Assembly: GCA_963662665.2 (NCBI GenBank)
Contig: CAXXJS010000010.1
Span: 64,001-128,000, forward strand
Direction: 5' to 3'
DNA from: Candidatus Latescibacterota bacterium
Lineage (GTDB): Bacteria > Latescibacterota > UBA2968 > GCA-2709665
Length of the DNA stretch: 64,000 bases
In this document: piece after piece, positions 42,247-52,660 of the stretch
Position numbering within the stretch: position 1 is the stretch's first letter
Layout of the letters: each line of letters begins with the position of its first letter
The notes under the pieces: model-generated
The model's database searches: none
Seen by the model: the letters and a program-made list of their open reading frames with translations, nothing else
What the model was told of the DNA's origin: nothing
Made by a program: the position numbers and the translations under genes

Positions 42247-43497
42247 ATGTTCAGCACGCTGAAAATGCAACAATCCCCTCTGTTAATCGCAGCGGCGGCG
42301 GTAGCGGTAATCCTGGCCGGTTGCGGAAAAGACGACCCCATTACGCCACAGGAAGAACATTACGAAGCCGAAGGCCTCGTCCTCCTCGACTCCGGCCAGC
42401 GGTTCTTCCGATATTTCCAGGGCAGGATAGACTCGGGCGACGGCCGGGCGGAAGCCCTGGAAGTCACTCACGGCGAAGTCACCGGCAAGTGGAGCATCCG
42501 CTTCCTGGACAGGGACGGAAACGAAATGGCCCCGCCCACCGGCGAGGGCTTCACGTTCACGTGGGAAATTGCGGACAAGTCAATTGTGGAAGTCGTCCAG
42601 GACGCGGCGGAAGCGGGCCAATTCGTCTTCGCCCTGCGCGGCCTCGAAGATGGCGAAACCACCATCAGGCTTCAGATTTCGCACGAAGGGCACGTGGACT
42701 TTACCACGCTGCCAATCCCGGTGCACGTGGTAGGAGAGTTTGAGGCCGAAGGGATTGTTATCATCGAGTCCGGCGTTCGATTCTTCCGTTATTTCCAGGG
42801 CGAGATCGACTCAAACGAAGGTCGGGTATCGGAACTCTCGGCCCCAATCGGCCTGACGCCCCACTGGCGCATCGCGTTTCTGGATGAACACGGCGAAGAA
42901 ATAGATCCCCCGGACGATCCCGAATTCTCGTTCGCCTGGATCATTGCCGACTCCGACATCCTCGAAGTCCACCAGGACGAGGGCGACGAGGGTTCGTTCG
43001 ACTTCCACCTGCGCGGCTTGCAGGAGGGCGAAACCACCATTGTATTTGGAGTCAGACACGAAGGTCACATCGACTACCGCACCCTACCCATTCCCGTACA
43101 CGTGGAGTCACAGGAGGGCCAGCACGGCGAACCCGTGGGCGTGCGGCTTAAGGAAGAAGACAGCGGCGAAGTGCTGGTGGAGGCGCCCGTGGCGGGCGAA
43201 GGCACAGCCAGCGATGCGCTGTCGGTAGCCGTTGGCGATACAACCGACCACATCGCCACGTTCTTCTTTGATGAACACGACGTGGAATTCCAGCCGGAAG
43301 CACCCGACGAGACGCTGGGTATTGCGGTGGGCGACACCTCGTTGCTCGCCATCGATCCGCCTGTCGCGCCCGAATACTGGGCCTTCAGACTCATCGGCAA
43401 AAAGGCCGGCACGACCACCATAACCCTTTCCACTCTCCACGACGGTGAGGCGGAAGACACGTTCGCGCCAATTTCGGTGGAGATCACCGCACCGTAG
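42247..43497 (+). CDS. Lipoprotein with three tandem ~126-aa beta-rich repeats carrying HEGH motifs (putative metal binding)
   Basis: AGGAGA RBS; lipobox LAGC; repeats EAEG...FFRYFQG...GETTI...HEGH.D...PIPVHV, 378 nt apart; very acidic. Confidence 0.75.
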   Translation: MFSTLKMQQSPLLIAAAAVAVILAGCGKDDPITPQEEHYEAEGLVLLDSGQRFFRYFQGRIDSGDGRAEALEVTHGEVTGKWSIRFLDRDGNEMAPPTGEGFTFTWEIADKSIVEVVQDAAEAGQFVFALRGLEDGETTIRLQISHEGHVDFTTLPIPVHVVGEFEAEGIVIIESGVRFFRYFQGEIDSNEGRVSELSAPIGLTPHWRIAFLDEHGEEIDPPDDPEFSFAWIIADSDILEVHQDEGDEGSFDFHLRGLQEGETTIVFGVRHEGHIDYRTLPIPVHVESQEGQHGEPVGVRLKEEDSGEVLVEAPVAGEGTASDALSVAVGDTTDHIATFFFDEHDVEFQPEAPDETLGIAVGDTSLLAIDPPVAPEYWAFRLIGKKAGTTTITLSTLHDGEAEDTFAPISVEITAP

Positions 43498-43562
43498 CAG
43501 GAAGCGCGGCGGGAGGGTGGTTCTTGCCCTCCCGCCGGCTGCAACGCGGGAGTACAATCCAG

Positions 43563-45839
43563 ATGGCTGATTTACACAGGATAAATCGTCTGCACCCGGG
43601 TGGCGGCTCCAGCTACCGTTCCACCATCCGGCTGCACTTTATCCGGGCGGCGCTCGCGTTGCTGTCCGTGGCGTGTCTTGCGGGTATCAGCTCGGCAACT
43701 CAGGCCGTGTTGATCGAAGGGTACGTCTTCGACAGCGAAACCGGACTGCCCGTCGGGAACGTGAACGTCCGGCCCGCAGATCATGCCGCAGTCGCGTCTA
43801 CGGACGAAAAAGGCCGGTTCGTGCTTCACCTGTCTCCTAGTGACTATCGGCTGTTACTTACGCACGTCGGCTATGAGGAAACGCGCCACGAACTGAACAT
43901 CTCGGGTGCGAAGCATCCCGTTGTCTATCTGGAACTGGCGCGACTGGATCTCAAGCTGGACCCCCTGGACGTTGTGGCCAAACGCGCTGAAACCCGGTTT
44001 GAAGAACTGCATGAAGCCACCCGTGTGCTTTCGGGCGACGAACTCAGGAAGAAATACAGCATCACATTGGCCGAGACCATGAAGAACGAACTCGGCGTTG
44101 CCATCCAGAGCATGGGTCCGGCGCCGGCCCGACCCGTTATCCGTGGGCTCAGCGGCGACCGTGTACAGATCAACGTCGACGGCATTCAGTCACAGGACCT
44201 CTCCGCAACATCGGCCGATCATGCGGTAACCGTCGAGACCTTCAACGCGGAACGCCTGGAAATCATCCGCGGGCCCCGCACGCTCCTGCACACGTCCACG
44301 GCCGGCGGCGGCGTCATCAACGTCGTCAAGCACAAGATCCCCGAAACCCGGCCGGAGCGCTTGTTCGGAAGCGTGGGCGCCTACGGGGAAACGGCGAACC
44401 GTGGTTATTTCTCATCCGCCGCCCTTACAGCGCCCGTGGGGCCGCTCGCGTTGCATGCCGAGTCAACCTACCGGGATACCAGGGACATCCAGACCCCGGT
44501 CGGCCGGCTTGCCAATACGCCCATCAACACCCACACATATACCTTGGGCATGTCCTACGCGGGCGACCGGGGATACGTTGGCGCTTCTTTCGATCAGTTC
44601 AACACTCAGTACGGCATTCCGGGCGGATTCATCGGCGCGCACCCAAACGGCGCGGACCTCGATATCATCCGTCGGGTTTTCGACGGGAAGGCAGTATACA
44701 GGCCCGACAGCCAGATCATCGACAGAGTGGAGGCGGGATTCACAAAAGCCTATTACTATCATCTCGAGTTCGAATCCAGCGGCAGAATCGGATCCGAGTT
44801 CCTTTTTCATGACTACAGCGGCGACCTCAAACTCTACCTGAACACGGGAAACAAGGAGCAAAACACCGTTCTCACAACCGGCTTTGAACACCGCAATCTC
44901 AAGCTGGGCGCTTATGTCTTCACCCCGCCCACTAGAAAGCAGAACGTCAACCTCGGGTTGTATCATGAAACAGCCTATCGCAATATCGAACTGCAGGCCG
45001 CGGCCCGGTACACCTATGCGACCTTCGACCCGCGCCTCCAGGCGAACTCCAACAAGATCCTGGACGTAGATCGCACCTTCCATACATGGTCCGCGGCATT
45101 CAGCCCGCTCGTGCCCATCACGGACCAGCTTACAGCGGGCTTCAGCCTCAGCCGCTCCCAGCGCGCGCCTACCATCGAGGAACTCTATAACGAGGGCCCG
45201 CACCTTGCCGCTTACACCTTTGAGAAGGGCAACGTCGAACTCAATACCGAACGCAGTTTCGGCGCGGAGGCATTCATTCACTACCTGCAGCCGGGGTTCG
45301 ACCTGGTCTTCACGGGATTCTGGAACGAATTCGACGACTACATCGCGCCACGAAATACCGGAGAAATCAACTTTGCTCAACTACTTCCCATCTACGCCGC
45401 GGAGGGTATAGACGCGAGAATGATGGGCGTGGAAACCCACCTGAAATGGCGTCCGAACGCGCGACTGGAACTGGAGATGAATCTGAGTCACGTGCGCGGC
45501 GAAAACCGGGACGACCGAATGCCCCTGCCCGAAATGCCGCCGCTCAAGTTCGTCGGGAGCGCAACCTACAGGCACTCCTGGCTTACCGGGGGAGGAACCA
45601 TGGAGTGGGCCACGGGACAGAAACGCGTGGATACCTACGAAGACCCCACCGCCGGTTATTCCGTCTTCGGCGTTTACATTCAACGCGATATCCTTGCAAA
45701 TCGGGCCCGCCACAGCATTATTCTTTCCCTGGAGAATCTATTCGACACGGAATACCGCAACCACCTGTCGCGCATCCGATCGGTAATGCCCGAAACGGGA
45801 AGGAGTCTGAAGTTGAATTACAAGATGTATTTCTTTTAG
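43563..45839 (+). CDS. TonB-dependent receptor (ZnuD-like) with N-terminal carboxypeptidase-regulatory-like domain
   Basis: Plug motifs RPVIRGLSGDRV, DHAV and EIIRGP..L; RAPTIEELY..GPH; ENLFD..Y.NHLS; C-terminal Phe. Confidence 0.88.
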   Translation: MADLHRINRLHPGGGSSYRSTIRLHFIRAALALLSVACLAGISSATQAVLIEGYVFDSETGLPVGNVNVRPADHAAVASTDEKGRFVLHLSPSDYRLLLTHVGYEETRHELNISGAKHPVVYLELARLDLKLDPLDVVAKRAETRFEELHEATRVLSGDELRKKYSITLAETMKNELGVAIQSMGPAPARPVIRGLSGDRVQINVDGIQSQDLSATSADHAVTVETFNAERLEIIRGPRTLLHTSTAGGGVINVVKHKIPETRPERLFGSVGAYGETANRGYFSSAALTAPVGPLALHAESTYRDTRDIQTPVGRLANTPINTHTYTLGMSYAGDRGYVGASFDQFNTQYGIPGGFIGAHPNGADLDIIRRVFDGKAVYRPDSQIIDRVEAGFTKAYYYHLEFESSGRIGSEFLFHDYSGDLKLYLNTGNKEQNTVLTTGFEHRNLKLGAYVFTPPTRKQNVNLGLYHETAYRNIELQAAARYTYATFDPRLQANSNKILDVDRTFHTWSAAFSPLVPITDQLTAGFSLSRSQRAPTIEELYNEGPHLAAYTFEKGNVELNTERSFGAEAFIHYLQPGFDLVFTGFWNEFDDYIAPRNTGEINFAQLLPIYAAEGIDARMMGVETHLKWRPNARLELEMNLSHVRGENRDDRMPLPEMPPLKFVGSATYRHSWLTGGGTMEWATGQKRVDTYEDPTAGYSVFGVYIQRDILANRARHSIILSLENLFDTEYRNHLSRIRSVMPETGRSLKLNYKMYFF

Positions 45840-45881
45840 TTTCCACCCGGAGTCGACGTCGAGGCGCCACCACTCCCTACC

Positions 45882-46628
45882 TCAATTCTCCCCCAACATC
45901 GCCCGCCGCATCACGCGTTCCACAATGCGTGGAAACCAGGTACCCAGAATAGCCGCCGTACGGTTTCCGAAACCTGGGACTACCAGACGTTTTCTCTTCC
46001 GGATGCCCCGAAGGATGGCCTCCGCCAGGTCTTCCGGCGCCATGCGTTTTTCCTCGCACGAGTTGTCAGGGCTGTACCGGCGGGCGTGGCCGGTTCGCGT
46101 GGGACCCGGAAAGACCGTCATGACGTGTATTCCGCGCGGGGCGAGCGCGACCGAAAGACTTCGCGCGTACGACGCCAGCCCGCTCTTTGTGGCCGCGTAC
46201 GTCGCGGCCCCCGGATAACTTACGTAGTGGGATAGTGAGGATACGAAAACGAGGGATCCGCCAGGGACAATGCGGCTGGCCTTCAGCAACTTCGCCGTTA
46301 ACGCCATGGGCGCGTAGAGATTAACGGCAATCACGCACTCCTGCAATGCCAGGCTCACTTCCGGAAAACGTCCGACGGCGTTGATGCCCGCGTTGTGAAT
46401 CAGCACGTCGATCCCATCCATATGTACCAATTGTTCGTGAACCCGCGCGATGCCCGCATCGGTACCCAGGTCTGCAACGACAAACCGCGCATTCAGTTCC
46501 CGCTCGAGATTGGCCGCACCCCCGGCATCCACGTCCACGCCGGTCACGGAATACCCTGAACGAACAAACCTTCGGGCGAGCGCCTCGCCAATACCATTGG
46601 CCGCGCCGGTAATGACCGCGTGTTTCAT
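45882..46628 (-). CDS. SDR family oxidoreductase
   Basis: ITGAANGIG, HNAG, YAATK and PGPTRT; ATGA-coupled to the upstream SDR. Confidence 0.88.
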   Translation of the reverse strand: MKHAVITGAANGIGEALARRFVRSGYSVTGVDVDAGGAANLERELNARFVVADLGTDAGIARVHEQLVHMDGIDVLIHNAGINAVGRFPEVSLALQECVIAVNLYAPMALTAKLLKASRIVPGGSLVFVSSLSHYVSYPGAATYAATKSGLASYARSLSVALAPRGIHVMTVFPGPTRTGHARRYSPDNSCEEKRMAPEDLAEAILRGIRKRKRLVVPGFGNRTAAILGTWFPRIVERVMRRAMLGEN

Positions 46629-47368
46629 CGCGCCCGCCATCGCATCAGGGCTTCGATTACCCGATCGCAATAACGCCCGCAGAAGCGCAAGCCCTTGTTT
46701 CCCGGACCGATTGTCATGACAGATCGTCGCCCGTGGATCGCTCGCGCGATCCTCCCGGCGACCCGGGCCGCCGGGGGGAATGCTCTCGACTCCTCGTTGG
46801 TCCATCCCGCCTTTCGATGAATGCCCGTTTGCGTCGCTCCCGGGTGTATGACCTGGACGTTCACGTCGCCCTCAACGCGCAGATTACGCCCGAGAACATC
46901 CAGCGCCTCCTTGGTCGCCGCGTACACGGCGAAATCCGGACACGGAAACGCGTGAGCGATGGACCCAATTAGCACGTGTTTACCGTTCCTATTGTTCACG
47001 TACGGTATCAGCGCGTGCGTCAGGCGCAGCGGCGCCAGGAGATTGACGGCGACGATCTCTCGAATGTTTGCAACGTCCTGATCGGCCACGGGACCATAAT
47101 GTCCCGTGGCCGCGTTCTGAATCGACAGGTCCAATGAATCTATCTTCCTCGATTTCAGAAAAGAACAGACTTTGCCGGCGCAATCCTCCTCCGACAGGTC
47201 CACCTCACAATAGTCTTCTTCGCTGTAGAGCTCGCATTCGAGCGAATCCATGGCGCGCCTGCCCACGAGCACCAGCCGATCTTCACGCGCACGATAGATT
47301 TCGGCGAGCGCCCGGCCAATTCCATCCGTTGCACCCGTGATCAATACGGTCTTTCTCTCCCGAGCCAT
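46625..47368 (-). CDS. SDR family oxidoreductase
   Basis: ITGATDGIG, QNAA, YAATK and HPGATQT. Confidence 0.88.
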   Translation of the reverse strand: MARERKTVLITGATDGIGRALAEIYRAREDRLVLVGRRAMDSLECELYSEEDYCEVDLSEEDCAGKVCSFLKSRKIDSLDLSIQNAATGHYGPVADQDVANIREIVAVNLLAPLRLTHALIPYVNNRNGKHVLIGSIAHAFPCPDFAVYAATKEALDVLGRNLRVEGDVNVQVIHPGATQTGIHRKAGWTNEESRAFPPAARVAGRIARAIHGRRSVMTIGPGNKGLRFCGRYCDRVIEALMRWRAR

Positions 47369-47737
47369 GACAGACACATCCTTCGTCGCGTCAGTACCTG
47401 ACACATACGCCAACCCGATGGGAACGTTCTGGCGGATACGCAAAGCACCGTATTGACCGTCCCATCCAGTGCTTGCTCTGCGACGGACCAGATCCTATCT
47501 TTCCTTGAGCCCTGGCTCACACAATGCCGGAACAGCAAATAGCGGCATGGGGAATCTCTAAACTCGATGGCTCGAATCGGTCATCGGAGGGACAATGCCA
47601 ATGTCGTTCACTTCGCCGGTCCTGACAACCCGACGTTCATTGCCGGCGAAAGTGATTTTGTCGATCGTGAGATTACGGCAAAAGGGCGCACCGAAAGCCA
47701 ACAAGTAAGGGTCGACTTGCAGTGACGAGACAAAACA

Positions 47738-48697
47738 ATGCATGATGCGCAGGTGTTGACCGAAGGCGTTACCGACGAGCGGGCCTGGCGGACGAACAGC
47801 ATCGATGATTCCGCAGCCTGGTACTACCCGTTGTCCGAGGATTTTCTCTCCAGCTCCAGGCGCATCATCGACGATGCGCGGGATAATCACCTGCCCATTA
47901 CGGATATTACCCGCCAGGGAGCTTCGTTCAATTGCGCCGGTGAATGCCTTCAACCGGTTCGTGACGCTCTCGGATCGGGGCGTGGATTTGCCATTGTCAA
48001 TCGCGTGCCGACTGAAGGATTTGCAATTGAAGAAGCGCTGTCGATGTACTGGCTGATTGGCCTAAACCTTGGTACGCCCGTGGAGCAGAATATCGAGGGA
48101 ACGCTGTTGTACGACGTCCGCGATACGGGCAAGAACGTGGCGCAAGGTGCGCGGTTTTCAGTGACCAATGCGGAGAGCACGTTTCACAACGACAATGCCT
48201 TCGGCGAACCGCTGCCCGACATTGTGGGACTGCTCTGCTTGCGTTCGGCGATATCCGGTGGAGAGAGTCAGCTTATCAGCGGCTACGCCCTCCACAATGA
48301 ACTTCTGGAAAATCACCCCGATGTCCTCGAAACCCTCTATAAGATGTTCTATTTTGATCGTCGAGGACAGTTCAAGGCCGGGGAGTCGCCGACGTCTCAA
48401 TTCCCGATCTTTCAGTGGCGCCGGTGTGAATTGAAGCTCCGATACCTGTACTATTACATCCAGGTGGGTCACAAGCGCGCCGGCAAACCGCTGACCGCCG
48501 AACGGAAAGCCGCACTGGAAGTTGTGGAAGCGTTGCTTCGTCGCCCGGATTTCAGAGTGGAGTTCAGTCTGCAACCCGGACAGATGCTATTTACGAACAA
48601 CCGCTGGATACTTCACAACCGCACCGCATTTGAGGACGATGCCGACCCTGCATGCCGGCGGCATTATGTGCGACTCTGGTTGCGGCGCCAGGGCTGA
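47738..48697 (+). CDS. TauD/TfdA family Fe(II)/2-oxoglutarate dioxygenase
   Basis: FHND (HxD), VGLLCLR.A..GGES, LHNRTAF and RHYVRLWL. Confidence 0.85.
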   Translation: MHDAQVLTEGVTDERAWRTNSIDDSAAWYYPLSEDFLSSSRRIIDDARDNHLPITDITRQGASFNCAGECLQPVRDALGSGRGFAIVNRVPTEGFAIEEALSMYWLIGLNLGTPVEQNIEGTLLYDVRDTGKNVAQGARFSVTNAESTFHNDNAFGEPLPDIVGLLCLRSAISGGESQLISGYALHNELLENHPDVLETLYKMFYFDRRGQFKAGESPTSQFPIFQWRRCELKLRYLYYYIQVGHKRAGKPLTAERKAALEVVEALLRRPDFRVEFSLQPGQMLFTNNRWILHNRTAFEDDADPACRRHYVRLWLRRQG

Positions 48698-48812
48698 AGG
48701 ATCGAATTCGCAAAGAATATCTCAGGCGAAGCCGGTGACCGGAAGTGACCATCCTGCAGGATCCTGACCCACTTCCCGCAAACGGTCGCTCATTTCTACC
48801 ACGTATTCACGG

Positions 48813-49268
48813 CTAATCCACAATCTCGTAAACGCCTGAATTATTCATGTTCTCGCGAGTCTCCACCCTGTAAACCCAGCAACGCCCGTCCGTCTCCTCG
48901 CGTATCATCCTGTCGGCATGATCAAACACGAATTTTGAGGAGGCCTCCATCCCCACGTTGGGTATCACGCGCAAGTCCACAATTCTCCTGCGGTGCATCT
49001 CCTCGAACAACTTCCGCTCCGGGTCGTTTTCGTTGATCAGCATCGTGTGGTCAAACATGTGGTCCAGCCAGGCCCTCAGCTCCTTGAGCTTGCCGAAATC
49101 CACCACAAAGTGATTCTCATCCAACTCGTCGCACGTAAAATGAAACGTAATGTCCCGGTTGTATCCGTGGATAAACTGACAGTGCCCGTCGTGATGCGCC
49201 TGCCGGTGTGAACATGGCAGATTATGAAATGTCTTGGTGGATGAAAACCGTCCTTTTCCGCTGGACAT
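48813..49268 (-). CDS. queD: 6-carboxytetrahydropterin synthase (QueD/PTPS family)
   Basis: CSHRQ, HCQFIHGY, VVDFG.LK, FDH and C-terminal E...NS. Confidence 0.82.
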   Translation of the reverse strand: MSSGKGRFSSTKTFHNLPCSHRQAHHDGHCQFIHGYNRDITFHFTCDELDENHFVVDFGKLKELRAWLDHMFDHTMLINENDPERKLFEEMHRRRIVDLRVIPNVGMEASSKFVFDHADRMIREETDGRCWVYRVETRENMNNSGVYEIVD

Positions 49269-49378
49269 AAGCCCTTCTCTCTTGCGTATCGATTCCTGGC
49301 TGGTGAGTAAGATAGAAAATACGGATCTCTTCATCTCTGTCAAGGCTACCGCATCCGAAAAATACAAGGAGCGCGCCG

Positions 49379-50215
49379 ATGATTATCGACACCCATACCC
49401 ATTTCTACGATCCCCAACGCCCCGAAGGGGTACCGTGGCCGCCGCCCGACAACGCCCTGCTCTATCGCCGCGTATTTCCTGAAGACTACAAAGCTGTGGC
49501 CGTTCCCGAAGGCGTTAACGGCACCGTGGTTGTGGAAGCCAGTGAATGGGTTGAAGACAACCGCTGGATTCTGGATCTGGCAGAAAAAGAGCCCTTCATC
49601 GTGGGCTTTGTAGGCAACCTAGACCCGGAATCGGACGCCTTTGAAAGCCATCTTATCGAACTTTCGGAAAACCCCCTCTTCCGCGGCATCCGGCTTCACA
49701 GGAACGAGGTCCATTCCGTCAGCGACTCGCTGCTTTCCAAACTCGAACTGCTTGCGCGGAACGATCTCTCCCTCGACCTCCTTGTCGACGTTGCGCAGCT
49801 TCACTCCGCGGTTCATATTGCCGCCCGGCTGCCGGAACTGCGTATCGTGCTCAACCACGTTATCCATGTACCCATCGACGGCAAGACGCCCGACCCCGAA
49901 TGGATCGACGGCCTGCACAACGTTTCGCAGCACCCGAACATCTACTGCAAGGTTTCCGGCCTTGTGGAAACCGCGCGAGAAAAACCGGCGCCACCCGAGT
50001 TGATCTATTACGCGCCGACCCTGGACCACCTTTGGGAAATCCTTGGCGTAAACCGCCTCATCTACGCCAGCAACTGGCCCGTGTGCGAACACGGCGCCGA
50101 TTATGCCACCGTACAGCGCATCCCTATGGAATACTTCGAGGCCATTGGAGAAGAAGCAGTCGAAAGGGTATTCTGGAAGAACGCGAAGGCTGCATACAAG
50201 TGGCCCGACCGCTAA
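49379..50215 (+). CDS. Amidohydrolase family protein (sugar lactonase-like)
   Basis: IIDTHTHF, VLNH, CKVSGL and ASNWPV. Confidence 0.82.
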   Translation: MIIDTHTHFYDPQRPEGVPWPPPDNALLYRRVFPEDYKAVAVPEGVNGTVVVEASEWVEDNRWILDLAEKEPFIVGFVGNLDPESDAFESHLIELSENPLFRGIRLHRNEVHSVSDSLLSKLELLARNDLSLDLLVDVAQLHSAVHIAARLPELRIVLNHVIHVPIDGKTPDPEWIDGLHNVSQHPNIYCKVSGLVETAREKPAPPELIYYAPTLDHLWEILGVNRLIYASNWPVCEHGADYATVQRIPMEYFEAIGEEAVERVFWKNAKAAYKWPDR

Positions 50216-50277
50216 AAGCCCGATGAGAACGCACCACCCGGAGACAGTTTCGTATCCGGCCGGATCGCGGACCAGGT

Positions 50278-50634
50278 TTATCTCTGCGGTGTGAGCATGG
50301 GCCCGAGCGGCCTGCCGCCAATCAGATGCATGTGCAGGTGGTAGACCTCCTGTCCCCCGTGGACCCGGCAATTCACGATCAACCGGTACCCGTCCTCGGC
50401 AAGGCCCTCCTCCTTTGCAAGCCGTGCAGCCACCGTAAATAACCGGCCGAGCGCGGCTTCATCTTCAGACGACACATCGCTGACGGTTGGAATCACGTAA
50501 TTGGGAACGATCAACATATGCGTTGGCGCCTGGGGATTGATATCTCGAAACGCCGTCACCAGTTCATCCTGGTACGTTATTTCCGATGGTATCTCTTTCC
50601 TGATTATCTTGCTGAAGATCGTTTCTTCCGCCAT
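50278..50634 (-). CDS. hinT: HIT family purine nucleoside phosphoramidase
   Basis: [22 protein letters not shown] and [14 protein letters not shown]. Confidence 0.9.
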   Translation of the reverse strand: MAEETIFSKIIRKEIPSEITYQDELVTAFRDINPQAPTHMLIVPNYVIPTVSDVSSEDEAALGRLFTVAARLAKEEGLAEDGYRLIVNCRVHGGQEVYHLHMHLIGGRPLGPMLTPQR

Positions 50635-50763
50635 GGATTCTCCTTTCGGCAATCATCCCTTTTTGCTATCTTCTCCAGCCGGCAGCGGTCCGGTATCAAA
50701 AAAACATACCGACATCTGCAAATCAAGCCAATCCTGATCCTGTCCGTGAGAGAACGCGAAAAC

Positions 50764-51027
50764 ATGCTTCACTCCATCGACCGCCTTATGGCCGCTTTAT
50801 CGATCGTCCTTCTGCGGATCTACCGGTTGCTGATCTCTCCTTTCTTGCAGGTCGTGTTCGGCTCCGTCAGCGGGTGCAGGTTTCACCCCACGTGCTCCCG
50901 GTACGCCCGCGATTGCTTTCGGCATCACCCATTTCTTATCGCTCTCTTTCTATCGTTCTCGCGAATTCTCAAATGTCATCCCTACCATTCCGGCGGATAT
51001 GATCCGGTCCCGCCACAACGTCGTTAG
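50764..51027 (+). CDS. yidD: Membrane protein insertion efficiency factor YidD
   Basis: IYRLLISP, CRFHPTCSRY and RILKCHP...GGYDPVP. Confidence 0.88.
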   Translation: MLHSIDRLMAALSIVLLRIYRLLISPFLQVVFGSVSGCRFHPTCSRYARDCFRHHPFLIALFLSFSRILKCHPYHSGGYDPVPPQRR

Positions 51028-51038
51028 ACCACACATCC

Positions 51039-51824
51039 ATGTTTGGAATCGCCCAGATCCATTGGAGTGCCGACCCCGAGATATTCCGTATCGGCCCCGT
51101 CGTCCTGCGCTGGTACAGCCTGTGCTTTCTGATCAGCTTCACCCTCGGCTACTTCATTATGCGCCGAATGTTCAGGTTCGAGGAAAAATCGACAAGGGAC
51201 CTGGACAGCCTGGTAAACCACATGGTGCTGGGCACCCTCATCGGCGCGCGCCTGGGACACTGTCTGTTTTACGACCCCGTATTCTACATCTCGAACCCGA
51301 TCGAAATCTTCAAAATCTGGCGAGGCGGCCTTGCCAGCCACGGCGCCGCCATCGGCATCTTTACCGCCCTCTATCTGTACGCCCGGAACCGGCCGGATCA
51401 GTCCTATCTCTGGATTCTCGACCGCGTTGTCGTTACGGTTGCCCTCGGCGGATGTTTCATCCGCATTGGAAACTTCTTCAATTCCGAAATCTATGGCACG
51501 CCTTCAGATCTGCCATGGGCCGTTGTCTTTTCACACGTCGATGCCGTTCCGAGGCATCCGGCGCAATTGTACGAGTCTCTCGCCTACGGACTGATCTTCC
51601 TCCTTCTCTATACCGTCTATTCAAGACTACGCGCCCGGACACCCTCCGGATTGCTTCTGGGCCTCTTCCTCGTTTCCGTGTTCGCGTTCCGGTTGGTTGT
51701 TGAATTCGTAAAAGTTCGTCAGGCCGCTTACGGCCACAGTCTACCCCTCAACGTGGGACAATGGCTCAGTATTCCGCTGATTGTAATCGGCATCATCCTG
51801 CTGGTAAACGCGTCGAGAAAATGA
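51039..51824 (+). CDS. lgt: Prolipoprotein diacylglyceryl transferase
   Basis: RWY, IGARLG, GGLASHG, RIGNFFNSEIYG and RHPAQLYE. Confidence 0.93.
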   Translation: MFGIAQIHWSADPEIFRIGPVVLRWYSLCFLISFTLGYFIMRRMFRFEEKSTRDLDSLVNHMVLGTLIGARLGHCLFYDPVFYISNPIEIFKIWRGGLASHGAAIGIFTALYLYARNRPDQSYLWILDRVVVTVALGGCFIRIGNFFNSEIYGTPSDLPWAVVFSHVDAVPRHPAQLYESLAYGLIFLLLYTVYSRLRARTPSGLLLGLFLVSVFAFRLVVEFVKVRQAAYGHSLPLNVGQWLSIPLIVIGIILLVNASRK

Positions 51825-51904
51825 GGGGCCCGCAGCTCAGAGGTCGATAGAAACCGATCGCCATAGACAGCGGCCCTCAGACGACAACAGAAAGGTGGAT
51901 TCCC

Positions 51905-52660
51905 ATGAACTCGTACACGACCATTGCCGGAACGCTGCAGAGATCCCTGGACCTTGTCCTGCCTCCAATTGCCGTCTGCATCTCGGACGACGTTCCCGAA
52001 GGCGTACCGGACTACGATGGACGGGCGCCTGCCGGTTGTCTGTTCTGGCAGGAGGCTGAGAAGGGCCCCTTTGCCACCCGCACGTCCCACCACGAACTTT
52101 GCGCCATCGGCGTCCACACGCACCATATGGCCGGACCGCCGGCCTCGTACGAAGCCGAACTTGGCGACGTTCTGAAAACGATGGCCGCCATGGACTACGT
52201 TCGCGAACAGGAGGTTATGGAGATCCCGGTGCTGGAGAAGGAAACAAAGCACGTGATTTACGCCCCGCTGGACGAAACCCCTCTTGAACCGACCGTGGTC
52301 CTCCTGTTCGCGCATTCACGGCAGAGCCTGATCATTACCGAAGCCGTCCAGCAGGTCGAACCGGCCGCGCCGCCCGCAATGGGCAGGCCCGCCTGCGCCG
52401 TGGTTCCGCAGTCCGTGAGAACCGGACGGGCCGCCCTCAGCCTGGGATGTTGCGGCGCGCGGGCCTACCTGGATACGCTCACGGACGACGTTGCCATATG
52501 GGCGTTGCCGGGCGACAAGGTAAGTGCGTACGCAAACCGCATCGATATTCTTGCCAGGGCCAACGCTGTCCTGGGTGAATTTCATTCCCTGCGGCGGAGA
52601 GACGTCGAAGCCGGACTTGAACCCACCGTTGCGGAGTCTCTCTCAAGGCTGGGAAACTGA
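51905..52660 (+). CDS. DUF169 family protein
   Basis: GCLFWQ, ELCAIG, YAPL, GRPAC and SLGCCGAR conserved Cys pattern. Confidence 0.7.
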   Translation: MNSYTTIAGTLQRSLDLVLPPIAVCISDDVPEGVPDYDGRAPAGCLFWQEAEKGPFATRTSHHELCAIGVHTHHMAGPPASYEAELGDVLKTMAAMDYVREQEVMEIPVLEKETKHVIYAPLDETPLEPTVVLLFAHSRQSLIITEAVQQVEPAAPPAMGRPACAVVPQSVRTGRAALSLGCCGARAYLDTLTDDVAIWALPGDKVSAYANRIDILARANAVLGEFHSLRRRDVEAGLEPTVAESLSRLGN

